A stretch of 64,000 bases of DNA from a virus. Taxonomy: Duplodnaviria > Heunggongvirae > Uroviricota > Caudoviricetes > Crassvirales. Shown piece after piece: positions 41,001-49,900 of this stretch. A program made the position numbers and the translations under genes. Positions within the stretch are counted from its first letter, which is position 1, and each line of letters opens with the position of its first letter. Under the pieces are notes generated by a model. That model ran no database searches. It saw only the letters and a program-made list of their open reading frames with translations, and had not been told where the DNA came from. Location: positions 1 to 64,000 of IMG/VR virus record IMGVR_UViG_3300042691_023995. One strand, 5' to 3'.

Positions 41001-44000
41001 TGTAATCAACGCCCTCCATAATACAAGCATTGGTAAAATAGCTGGAAAACTTCTAAAACTAAGCCAGAAAGACTCTGACTATGTTAGATTCTTCCAAAGG
41101 GTGGGAGGAGATCTGGAAACAGGAACTCTTCCATTTGGAGACTTCAAGTATGATGATTGGAGATTGTTTATAGAATTGGTACAGGTGTATACAAAACAAA
41201 AGCCTGATGCTAGGATAGAATACATACAAGGAAATCAGGTGTATTCTGGTTCTGCGCTTGTAACAGGTATTGTCAACACCACTGTTAAAGGATGGATACA
41301 GAACATCAGAAACCTGGCTAAAGATCCAGACTCAATCATTAAATATGATAGTATAGATAAATCCTACACAATTGAGGATATATCAGATGTAAAGATTGAC
41401 AGCCCTAAAGAACAATTGGAGTTCCTTGCAAAGCTGGGAGTAACATTCTCTAAGGATGCATATGACCGTCTTAGCAAAGATATTAAAGAGAACAAGTTCC
41501 CAACAGCTGTAAGCTCTATTAAGAACACCCTGCTTAAGGATAAGCAGATCATGAATGTTCAGAAGAAAACTCTGGACATCGGAGGTCCTCTAAATACATT
41601 GGCTGAGTTCCTGGTAGGTGCTACTAATCCTATTCAGGCAAGCACCCGTACAAACATCACAGGTAACCAAGCTAACTCATTTGCAGATAGCAACGCTCCT
41701 TCTGTGTTTGAAACCACATTCAATGAGGTGGGAAGTATACAGGAGCTGTTCCAAATCAGACCTGAGCTACAAGATGTGTTCTCTAAAGGATCACAAGTGC
41801 TCAAACTTGGTGGACTGTTCTTTGATGAAGACGGTAAGAGAACTAACTTAAAGATTAAGTTGGGATATATCGAAGGAAGAAACAACAATGACACCTCTTC
41901 AGGAAAGTCAGTTGGTAATCTTACAGAGGGAGAAAAGCTTTCTTTGGAGATTAACCAGAACCTGAATGGTCAGTTCTATGTACTGATTCCTGCAGATAGC
42001 TCTACAGAATGGATGATGAATCTAGGAAACAATGTAGAGTTTGCTGAATTTGAAACAGGAGAGGCATGGGACAAGGTGAATAACATATTCAAGGATTATC
42101 TATTTGATGACGTAGCTCTTGCCCTAGATGCTGATAACAGAAAAGATATTAGAAACCTTGGAGACAGAGCAAGAGATCTTCGCTTCTTTGGAGAGATTCT
42201 CTCTGAGAAATACGCTTCTGCCATCCAGGAAATGATTGATGATGAGAGATCACTTAGTGATATCCAAACATACATCAATGAGAACTTTAAGGATAGAGAG
42301 GTTGAAGACCCAGTGGGTAACAAGAAAATTGTTCTTGGTATAGAGTCTGACATCAAAGCTTTCATAAATGGTTCAGCACAAGAAACCATAGAAAACCTGA
42401 AAAACACAGGTGAGCTTTCTTTCACAGATGAAGGTTTTCTTAAATATGAATCTCTTGATGGCAACTTTGCTAGCAGAGAAAGTTTAAAAAAGAATGAGCT
42501 AAGTGAGGAAGATGTTACAAACATTATAATGTTTGCTAATACCAACCAGATCATTAGCAACTTTGAGTATCACAAGATATTGTTTGGTGATCCTTATCAG
42601 TTTGCTATTAAGGATAATCAGCTAGATGAGACTAAGCGTATTAAGAGCTTCCTCTCTCCAAGAAGAATGACTGTTGATCTTGTGGAGTTTAACTCATTCC
42701 TTAATGATAATGTGAACAATGCTGATGGAATAAAGCTTGATCCTAAAGATCCAGGCTACCACACCTTCAAGTCTTACACAAAGACTATTACATTGAATGA
42801 TGTGAAGGTGGCTAGTTCACTGGCTAATAATCCTAATCTTTCTAAGGAAGTGAGAAAAGCCTTCCTTGATATCACTGAGGCTGACGCTTCTTCTATTCTT
42901 GAGCTAGGCACATATAGAGAGGTTAAGATTAAGAACTCTCAGTGGCCTAAGGAAGCAGAAGATTGGTATCAATGGCAGATGGCTTATACCAGACAGAACA
43001 TGCCTGGATATGAATACACTAATCCTGTTCTTGAGGAACATGACAAAGCATTGGTAGCTACTCCTGAGCCTAGTTTCGTAATAGAGGTGCTGAAGCCAAT
43101 TGTATCTGGTGTAAAGAACAACAAGAACAGAATTGAGCTTGTGCTTGATAAGTTCTCCCAAATGCCCATCTACTATAAGGCTGTACAGGGAACTAGTCTT
43201 GAAGATGTATATCTGAGAATGATTAATCCTGATAACCAAATAGGTTATGCTATCATGGTGTCTGGTAGAAAGGTGGGTGCTCAGAAATTGTATGAGCTAT
43301 ACAAAGGTGGCAAACTAAACAGTGATGCTTTCTCTGAGGAAGACATTGTTGAGGTGCCTTGGAAGATATATGGTATACAGGTGGAGAATAGTTATGAAGG
43401 TCCTGGTTACCAAACTAGAGGTAGTCAGCTTACAAAGATATCTACCCTTGACCTATATGCATACGGTGAACCTATTGGTGCTAATGCTGAGAGAAAAGAA
43501 GCTATTAGAGCTGCTGTAAATAAGAACAAAGACATCCTTAGTAGATACCATAAGAATAAATATGAAGGTTTCCTTAAGAAAGCTGGACTAGAAGACTTGG
43601 AAGGTGTGTACAGAATTGTAGACAGAGCTGCTCTTGCTAAGGCTCTGCAGGATGAGATGTTCAAAAGAACTCTGTCTGAGAATGTAGTGGATAGTATACA
43701 ACTTGATGAAAACAACGAGTTCATCATTCCTTTTGAGGCTTCTCCTGCATATGTTCAGATTAGAAACATCATCTATTCTTTCATAGATAAGGCTATCGGT
43801 TCTCCTAAAATGTCAGGTGGTCCATATGTACAGGTGCCTGTAACAGGATGGGAAAGTGCTTCTAAGGGAAGAGGTCTGGCTGTAAAGACAAAAGATGGCT
43901 ACAAAAAGATAAGCAGAGAAGAGTATGAGGCTATGGAGGATAAGAAAGGTGTAATCCTTACAGAGGACACTCTTAAGATATATGAGGATGAGAAGGGTAA

Positions 44001-46989
44001 GAGATATTGTGAGGTGATGATTCCTCACTGGTTCAGAGATTTGGGCAAGCTGTCTAAGAAGACAGATGCTGAAATCCTGCAATATCTGAACACTCCTGAA
44101 GGAAGAAAGATACTAACAGGTGTTGGTTTCCGTATTCCTACACAGGCGCTAAGCTCTGCAGAAGTGTTTGTTGTGAAGGGCTTCCTTCCTAAGGCTATGG
44201 GTAAGACGGTGGTTGTTCCATCAGCCATCACTACAAAAGCTGGATCTGACTTTGATATAGATAAACTCAACATGTATCTGAAAGCCACCTATATTGATAG
44301 GAATGGTAATCTCAAACTTGTCACTCTTGAGGGTGATGAGGCAAGTACAAGAGCTTTCTATACAAAGGTGTTCAATGATTCATTAGCTGGAAAACAAATG
44401 TACAAGACTGAGCTGTTGGAAGCTGCACAGATCTTATCATACAACCTTGATGATCCTAAGAATCTTGTAGAGAAATATGCTAATACATTAAACATTGTTC
44501 TTGAAGGAGTTACTGACTCATCTGACTATGAGCAGGCTATAATAGATGATATTAATGAGCTTGGAGATGAAAACATTCAGAAGGGTCTGAGAGAGAAGTT
44601 TGTAGATGAGATGTATACAAAAGCTCTTGAAAATGAATACTATGAGAGCCTAGAAGAACTGCTTACACTCCCTGAGAACTTCAGCAGATTGGTGAATCCT
44701 GTAACTGATGGTGGTCTGAAGAAGCTAGCTGGAAAGATAGATGCATTGAAAGGATATGATGAAGCAGCTGTTAAGAACAAGCTTCTTAATAGAAACTTCC
44801 TGAGCAATCTAAGGAATGCATTCATCACTGGTAAGAAGTGGGTGGGTATTGTGGCTACAAACATCACAGGACACTCTCTTGCACAGAAGTCTAAGATTAT
44901 AATTGATCCAGTTAGATTTGAAAATGTTAAGAATAGAGACGAGAGAAACATTCTTAAATACAATGGTGGACAGATCCTCCTTGATCATAACACTATAGAA
45001 GTGGATGGTAAGACATATGCTTCTATCTCAGGAATCTATGATGCTAAGAATGAAGGATACATCTCTGATGGTTTATCTGGATATGCTACAGCTGTTGTGG
45101 ACGTTGCTAAAGACCCATACATCTTGAGAATCATTAAGAGCGATCTTTTGATAAGCACATTCATGTTCCTCAGAAGAGTAGGTGTTCCTAATGAGCAGCT
45201 GGCAATGTTCATGAACCAGCCAATCATAGATGAGTATATTAAGCTCTTAGATAAGAAGAAGTCAAAAACTCTATTTGATTCAAGATATATAAATGAGATA
45301 CAGGAGTTTTTCCCTCATCTTAAACAAGACATAACTAATACGTTTGATAAGGATGGTCTTGAAGAAAACATCAAAACCTACTACAGTGAAAAACAGTTGA
45401 GTCCACGTAAGAACGGTGAGCAGATAGCTATTCTTAAAGAGTTCTTGAAATATGCTAAGATGGCTGACTTCAGCTTCAATCTTACACAGGCTTCCAACTA
45501 TGACACTACTAAATTCAGAAATGCAGAGAACCTCTCTAACAAACAATACAAGCAGGAATTCGCAGAGAATTATAACATATTCTCTTCTGTGGATGATCTT
45601 TTAAGAAATACACACATTGGAGAGCAAGCCATGTACCTCAACAAGAGTGTAGATGCTGCTGCTGAATACCTTGTTCTTGATAAGCCTGAGTTCATGGAGA
45701 TCACAGATGAGCTTATGGAGCCTTATTACAGAGATCAATACTTAGGTAATGAAGATCGTAATAAGGTGGGTAATAAGATGAAATCTGCTCTTCTTGACTT
45801 CATCATCCAGACAAGAACAGATGTTGCTGCTAATCTATACAGAGACTTGGTAGAAACTTCCACCTCTGTAGCAAACATGCTCACTGAGGCTAAGAAGCAA
45901 TTCCCTAACGTAAAGATTATCAATGACTTAGAGGTGGATAGCTCAGGTAGAATTGGAGGTGCACAAACCATCAAACTGAGAGTGAATGATAGATCTAAGG
46001 ATAGTGAAGACATGTACACAGGAATGATGAGAGAGCTTAGAGATGATCCTCGTACAAACGCTCTGTATAATGGAATAGTGAAACTATCCATCCTACAGGG
46101 TACACAGATGTCTCCTATCTCCATCAAGAACATCATACCTGTAGAAGACTATGCTGCTAAGATAACTCCCATTATTGCTGGTCTGAAGGCTGATGAGTCA
46201 ATTAAAGCCTTTGCAAAAAGTTATGAGTTCCAAAGGAATGAGTTTGCTGATGATAAGGTGGTACCAATTGTAAATCCTAGATTTAGAGAGGTAGAGCAGG
46301 TTGAATATAACGAAGATGCTCCTAGAAGATTCCAGGCTGCCTTTGTAAAGATTAACACAGTGAAGGGTCCTATCGTGGTTCCTGGTCAATTCCCAACCAT
46401 CCAAGGTTTGGGTGTTAAAACCATGCAAAGACAGCTGTTGTTCTTGAATGAGAAGTATGATGCTAAGGGTAGCAACTATGATGTGGTGAAGGTTCCTAGA
46501 GCGCTTCCTATCAACAAGAAGAAGCTAGATGAGGGTAAGTTTGATATAGCCACTGGCTTAGAAATCACTAACCAAACTTACGCTGAGAAGATAAAGAATG
46601 GTGACACATCTCTTCAGAACTACTATGGCTATCAGAAGGTGAAGAATGTAGATGGTTCTCCTGTAATTGCTGGACGTGATAGAGACGGAAATGCAATTTA
46701 TGTCTATAAATTTATTAACTTGCATGGGGATGGTAACTACACCACTGAGTATTATGGAGATGGAAGACCTTCCGTTTTCAACAATGGAACTCAGAAGAAC
46801 ATCATAAATGTAAACGGATCAAAGGTGAGTGGTGAGATTTCAGATGCTGCAATAGTTGACTACTTCATGGAGAATGCATATTCAGACATCATGAAACTGC
46901 AAGCTGCAGATCCTGTAGTTAATAAACAAATTGAACCAGAGGGACTTCCTCCAATTGATGACGAGAATCAAAATAGTTGCAAATCATGA
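35053..46989 (+). CDS. giant 3978-aa virion protein; candidate ejected multidomain protein with an RNA-polymerase-like GSDFDID motif and an HExxH motif
   Basis: Complete ORF. N-terminal Gly-zipper hydrophobic segments. HEIFHGIW at about 40118-40132. KAGSDFDIDKLNMY at about 44240-44262, resembling the DxDGD metal site of two-barrel/QDE-1-like polymerases. Confidence 0.55.
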   Translation: MPIFNKDLPAFDKPLEGFPKEQEVYKGKVLPDTLHPAVPNLDSDFGQVGTGDVQDLFRMNSVQSGPIFGSTISELSRNKRYDYYKPGTNYEDLYARVQPWYKQIGNGLVKGGAFMVGTFAQSFNSIPETINAVAKKDLSELAGKDSYVSPIDDWYRNLEDLYPNYYSDYEKAHPFKSILGSGFANTFGDKFVKNLGFMGGAIAGAVVQDFAIGALTQGLGEIPLLSNQIGKAALYMNKILSSESRVGRALGASEKGILTSFLDSGVQAGRTAEQLNRMETLAQLAASRKINNQFRYGLNLWTSALTEAGIESRDGYRTLKTDLIDQYKLDNYGLEPTGKDLKDIEDIATSAMNAREIGNLGILLVSNAIQFENILRPFSSARVGVTSPIFQEIAGKRIALQDGLMGGYSEIVPKSTFGKIVRDIKPYAPELFTEGVFEEGGQFAIERGTYDYYNKKYFDQKNNKSRNDLAEFIDSIGTGLVDQFRTTAGWENMFLGALTAGLTGKAKSVYSNIKGTGSKAQIAAEINNLNSSQLMGVFENNFENAAQQLKASKDMEAAVKKRDIFEYKNAQFRALFSWANARMQGNRYGLLEEEIKLAKELPNEQFKQMFGFDATADNRQVVNAYLSLVQEEANKIKRNYDKINEFFVNPYKYIRTPKTDEEITESENYRKYENYKTAMTYFPSLIDHADRRTDEIQKELIDINPLLSVDIVKKLGSVDSLLDLAKEYEKEATTSLGLISDITTPEERKKLERRAKTLRNLAEKIYGVTDTYYLVAKDEMSKDVLSRKENLPGDYLKLFDNLVNFEINGRDPLRTDKNIKHPLDVEKAISLAVDLNRLAEMKKDAGDAFDILSNPEKGFDEFNKVDENRLPPKHSPESELTPGREYETSNLGKYRTRKIADGRYQVISPDKTIVSTHPSKEEASATTKYLNENLSSLLKVTVVRDNGDGTIRITDSNGDIQDIPKADILKYTPLETQEEKIAKQKEQIANEQKDLEADSGNVNTGNPAEPYGKESALPDIKILFSSSTTESEGSDDPNWQKNAALSPIHIKNSREFLNKAQGFANRANLRAILITPLLEKAYGLEGLTQISYGVRNEDLATQEQKDKFLKDTTDLNNGFIAQVFVEQVGSDLYFIDKTGNKLGKFGEQLDETKLGNVVFQTMRRAALKDSQGGTKARSGQEEEAKVYLEAWKKERANIFATDPNASPTVYEFNISRGIPIDGDTPNHVAGTLITSDPKEERQVLKGQSIIQIPTTKTITFKGRAINFPNGRPVLVYGDNVAFLNNVKLDGKRAQVIYAVIEKMANDITQRANAGKKIVFSKTKEAKFLQNILYWRTGDTKEGSNQINISEDGTTISFAGKSFPIAKLAENKKELIEAISNSYHNTNNKSLSEEMFSKSFTEFYIEKGELKSRDWANYQSYLLSSTFPDGSKRAAADTPLTTKIAIPLSEIPYTHKQKYSTLIGLELPIGVINKPAAEAKETVVEAPKGKFDYNGTKENTTPILSFGNVSFTVKEGEDPQFLVDSEEFKKTQDNLVKKLRQNSPEADEESLVKQANGVILSVVRKEVDNDLKTATVEEVVPTAEEVKPTEEVKPVEEKKEEEPKKTQFDPKKTKKRGNLFRAVSETDESERMTEADIEAFKKWHAEKVPQIPYEILGQMVTINPNRKAWGVFENGVAKFVRGGLRATEYHEIFHGIWRGLLNADERAAIVKEFNAKEGSFKDRLSGKTINFADATEEQVEDRLADDFSDYRKGKLAARTLGDAIREFFKRIMDFFKSFVAKPTLKDQLFDNIEQGRFKDRELAPEVKNLGPAYRAAEGLNEQQTNEFVQDMTALSSAMIFGNGKIGAIDKSAIYDIRKITSKQVFDEIKNIYTEQGWMDQLSENTWNDLVEKTKRSLKANLKVSFNEEDLVNINDEQSNNRDYAPEPFSTDYKKSAPVGIKFTSSTIPKTKAMSQEGRTSLTLPDLKDTNNLYSLVPYGQVFSTVINALHNTSIGKIAGKLLKLSQKDSDYVRFFQRVGGDLETGTLPFGDFKYDDWRLFIELVQVYTKQKPDARIEYIQGNQVYSGSALVTGIVNTTVKGWIQNIRNLAKDPDSIIKYDSIDKSYTIEDISDVKIDSPKEQLEFLAKLGVTFSKDAYDRLSKDIKENKFPTAVSSIKNTLLKDKQIMNVQKKTLDIGGPLNTLAEFLVGATNPIQASTRTNITGNQANSFADSNAPSVFETTFNEVGSIQELFQIRPELQDVFSKGSQVLKLGGLFFDEDGKRTNLKIKLGYIEGRNNNDTSSGKSVGNLTEGEKLSLEINQNLNGQFYVLIPADSSTEWMMNLGNNVEFAEFETGEAWDKVNNIFKDYLFDDVALALDADNRKDIRNLGDRARDLRFFGEILSEKYASAIQEMIDDERSLSDIQTYINENFKDREVEDPVGNKKIVLGIESDIKAFINGSAQETIENLKNTGELSFTDEGFLKYESLDGNFASRESLKKNELSEEDVTNIIMFANTNQIISNFEYHKILFGDPYQFAIKDNQLDETKRIKSFLSPRRMTVDLVEFNSFLNDNVNNADGIKLDPKDPGYHTFKSYTKTITLNDVKVASSLANNPNLSKEVRKAFLDITEADASSILELGTYREVKIKNSQWPKEAEDWYQWQMAYTRQNMPGYEYTNPVLEEHDKALVATPEPSFVIEVLKPIVSGVKNNKNRIELVLDKFSQMPIYYKAVQGTSLEDVYLRMINPDNQIGYAIMVSGRKVGAQKLYELYKGGKLNSDAFSEEDIVEVPWKIYGIQVENSYEGPGYQTRGSQLTKISTLDLYAYGEPIGANAERKEAIRAAVNKNKDILSRYHKNKYEGFLKKAGLEDLEGVYRIVDRAALAKALQDEMFKRTLSENVVDSIQLDENNEFIIPFEASPAYVQIRNIIYSFIDKAIGSPKMSGGPYVQVPVTGWESASKGRGLAVKTKDGYKKISREEYEAMEDKKGVILTEDTLKIYEDEKGKRYCEVMIPHWFRDLGKLSKKTDAEILQYLNTPEGRKILTGVGFRIPTQALSSAEVFVVKGFLPKAMGKTVVVPSAITTKAGSDFDIDKLNMYLKATYIDRNGNLKLVTLEGDEASTRAFYTKVFNDSLAGKQMYKTELLEAAQILSYNLDDPKNLVEKYANTLNIVLEGVTDSSDYEQAIIDDINELGDENIQKGLREKFVDEMYTKALENEYYESLEELLTLPENFSRLVNPVTDGGLKKLAGKIDALKGYDEAAVKNKLLNRNFLSNLRNAFITGKKWVGIVATNITGHSLAQKSKIIIDPVRFENVKNRDERNILKYNGGQILLDHNTIEVDGKTYASISGIYDAKNEGYISDGLSGYATAVVDVAKDPYILRIIKSDLLISTFMFLRRVGVPNEQLAMFMNQPIIDEYIKLLDKKKSKTLFDSRYINEIQEFFPHLKQDITNTFDKDGLEENIKTYYSEKQLSPRKNGEQIAILKEFLKYAKMADFSFNLTQASNYDTTKFRNAENLSNKQYKQEFAENYNIFSSVDDLLRNTHIGEQAMYLNKSVDAAAEYLVLDKPEFMEITDELMEPYYRDQYLGNEDRNKVGNKMKSALLDFIIQTRTDVAANLYRDLVETSTSVANMLTEAKKQFPNVKIINDLEVDSSGRIGGAQTIKLRVNDRSKDSEDMYTGMMRELRDDPRTNALYNGIVKLSILQGTQMSPISIKNIIPVEDYAAKITPIIAGLKADESIKAFAKSYEFQRNEFADDKVVPIVNPRFREVEQVEYNEDAPRRFQAAFVKINTVKGPIVVPGQFPTIQGLGVKTMQRQLLFLNEKYDAKGSNYDVVKVPRALPINKKKLDEGKFDIATGLEITNQTYAEKIKNGDTSLQNYYGYQKVKNVDGSPVIAGRDRDGNAIYVYKFINLHGDGNYTTEYYGDGRPSVFNNGTQKNIINVNGSKVSGEISDAAIVDYFMENAYSDIMKLQAADPVVNKQIEPEGLPPIDDENQNSCKS

Positions 46990-49900
46990 GTAAATGCGCA
47001 TTAGATATAAGGAAAGATATCGTTGCTACTGTTGGTAGAAAGCTTACAGAGAAGGGAGCTATTGTGCAAGGAGATGTAGGATATTTCCCAAATCCTTCTA
47101 GGGCTGGAGCTGCTATCAATGATATTAACTCTGAGTTCAAGACTAGTATTGTAAAAGAAAGTGAGAAAGGATCGTTCCTAATTGAACCATCTGATGATCT
47201 TATTAATAGATATTTTGAACAATACAAAAGACAGGAAGAAGGTGAAGCTGGACAATTGCAAGAAGAAGAAAGACTTAGAGGTGGATATACAGAAGAACAG
47301 CGTGGTGAGTTCTTTCAGTTAGAACAAACTGAAACATCAGCAGCATCTCCTGCTACAATAGCTAAGATAAAAGACTTCCTTGAAAGAATTGGTGTGAATG
47401 TTAAGGAGTATGACAGCATAGTTGTAAATGGTGTCAAGCAAGATGCTAATGCTGCAGCCCTAATTACACAGAAGCTCATTCAGATTGTTCAGGGTAAGGA
47501 GGGTGTTGCTCTTCCTGAAGAAGCTATGCACTTTGCTTTGGAGATCATAAAGCAAACAAACCCAGCGCTTTATAACAAGCTGCTCAAAGAGATTAACAAC
47601 TATCAGTTTTATAAACAGATATTGGCTGACTATGGTGCACATCCTCTATACCAAACTGCTGATGGAAAACCTGACATCAGAAAGTTAAAAGACGAAGCTA
47701 TTGCTAAGGTGTTAGCTGAGACAGTGATTAACCAGAACGAGGGTTCTGTAGAGAATCCTGAACACCTAGCAAAGGTGGAAAGCTGGTGGTCACAGATTGT
47801 AGAATGGCTTAAAAACCTATTCAACATAAAGAGTGGATTTGATCAAGCAGCCCTTGCTGTGCTTTCTGGGGAAGAGATTGGCACTGTAGAAGATATTAGA
47901 GCAGAAGAGGGAGCAGCCTATTTACAAAAGACCAAGCAGGAAGATAGCATCGATAGATTGAAAGCTATGGATAGCAGACTATCTATCAAAGATGTTGAAG
48001 AAGAGGGTAAAAAAGAACCTAGGTATTTCTTAGATGGCGTTACAAAGATATTGAAAAGGGTGTCTGATGATGTAAAAGATTGGTACTCAAGAAGATTCTC
48101 AAACAATGAAATCACCAAAACTGAGAAAGACAAGGCAATCGATGATATAAAAAGAGACAAAGGAACTAAAGGACACAGTGATCAAGACTATTTGATAAGA
48201 GGATTGAACGATGGTAGAGGTGGTATATTGGTTGATGAGAATGGCTATCTTAGACAAGATCCTTTAGACGATAGTGGATATGTTCCTCAGATGGACCCTA
48301 ATGATCCTGAGAGAGTTATATATGAAACGCTAAAAGAGAATCTACGTGAGAGACTTGCATCCTTTGGAGAAAGTACAAGGTTTCTTTCTGAGATAAAAAT
48401 ATATGATCCAAAGACTAACAAGGCTGGTACAATTGACCTAGTTGCCATCACTAAAGATGGTAAGGTGAATATAATAGACTGGAAGTTTATGGATTTAAAC
48501 GTTGATGTATATGAGGATGTTCCTTGGTACAAGATAGCTGCTTGGAAGAATCAGATGGATCAGTATAAAACCATGCTAATCAATGCTTATGGTTTTAAAT
48601 CTCAAGACTTTGGACAAACCAGAATGATTCCTATCAGGACAGTTTATTCTGGTGGTACACTCCTAGGAATAGAAATAGGTGCTGTAGATCCAAAAGATAT
48701 CACAGATGCATACCTGATGCCTGTTGGACTAGAAGAAGAAGCAACAGGAAACGAACAGATAGATGCACTGTTGAAGAAACTGAACGCTGCCTATAGAACT
48801 CTTTCTGAGAAGAAAGCACTTCCTTCAGAGAAGAAAGAAAAGGCTGTGCAGTTGAATACCCTGATGTCAGCCATCAGACAACTTCAGATAAGACAAAACA
48901 TTGAACCGCTTTTGGAAGAAGCTAAGTTGCTTAACAACTACATCCAGAAGGTAATCAATCGATTTGAAACAGAATGGAAGGATAAAGAAAGAATAACACC
49001 AGAAGAAGAAGCACAGAGAAGTGCATTCTTAAAGGAGATAAGAGATGCTGAGAAGATGCTTGGTACATACACTAGCTTGGATGTTGACCTTTCAGACCTA
49101 TTCTTATCAGGAGGTTCTGAGAATGAGAAGCTTGAGACTGAGGTGGCTAAGACTGTTAGAGTGGCTAGAGCCTTAGGTGACAAGCTTAATAGAACTAAGA
49201 CAGCTTTCGTAAGAGATGTTGTAGGTAGAAGTGAGAAGGTTGAGGACATTATAAAGGAAGAGAAGGAGATAGGTATTGTAGCAAGATGGTTCTCAGATAC
49301 AGCCTCTTTACAGCTCAACTCTGCAAAGGTGCTATTTAGAAAATCTAACAGAGCGCTTGCAAAAGCTTCTATGGATTCTGTAGACCTGGCAAGAGAACTT
49401 CAAGAGATTGAGGGTAGATATAAGAAATGGGCCACTGCTAAAGGTCTTAATAAGAAAGACTACTTCAATATCATCAAGAAGAAGGGTAAGAATGAACTTA
49501 TCGATGAGTTTAATCCTGAGTTCTACAAAGAACTTAAGTCTAGAATAGATAGGAAAGATCCTGATCTATTTAACTGGGTTAAGGAAAACATTGATATCAA
49601 AGCTTATAACGACTTCCTTGATGAGCAAATCAAAAAGGAAACAGAAGAGATTAATCAGAAGTATAAGGACAGAATGGAGTTTGACAGAGCTACAGGAAAC
49701 TTCTATCTGTCTGAAGAACAGGAAAGAAAGAAGGAGTGGGAGCTGAACAAGATGAAGAAAGCCTATAACACTTCTTCAACAACAAGTGCTGGCTGGTTAC
49801 AATATAACTTCATCAAGAGATTTCCAAAGGTGGAGAAGTGGCAGTCTCAAGAATGGAAAGAGTTGTTTAAGAAAGATGCTGCTGGTAACTATGTGAATAA

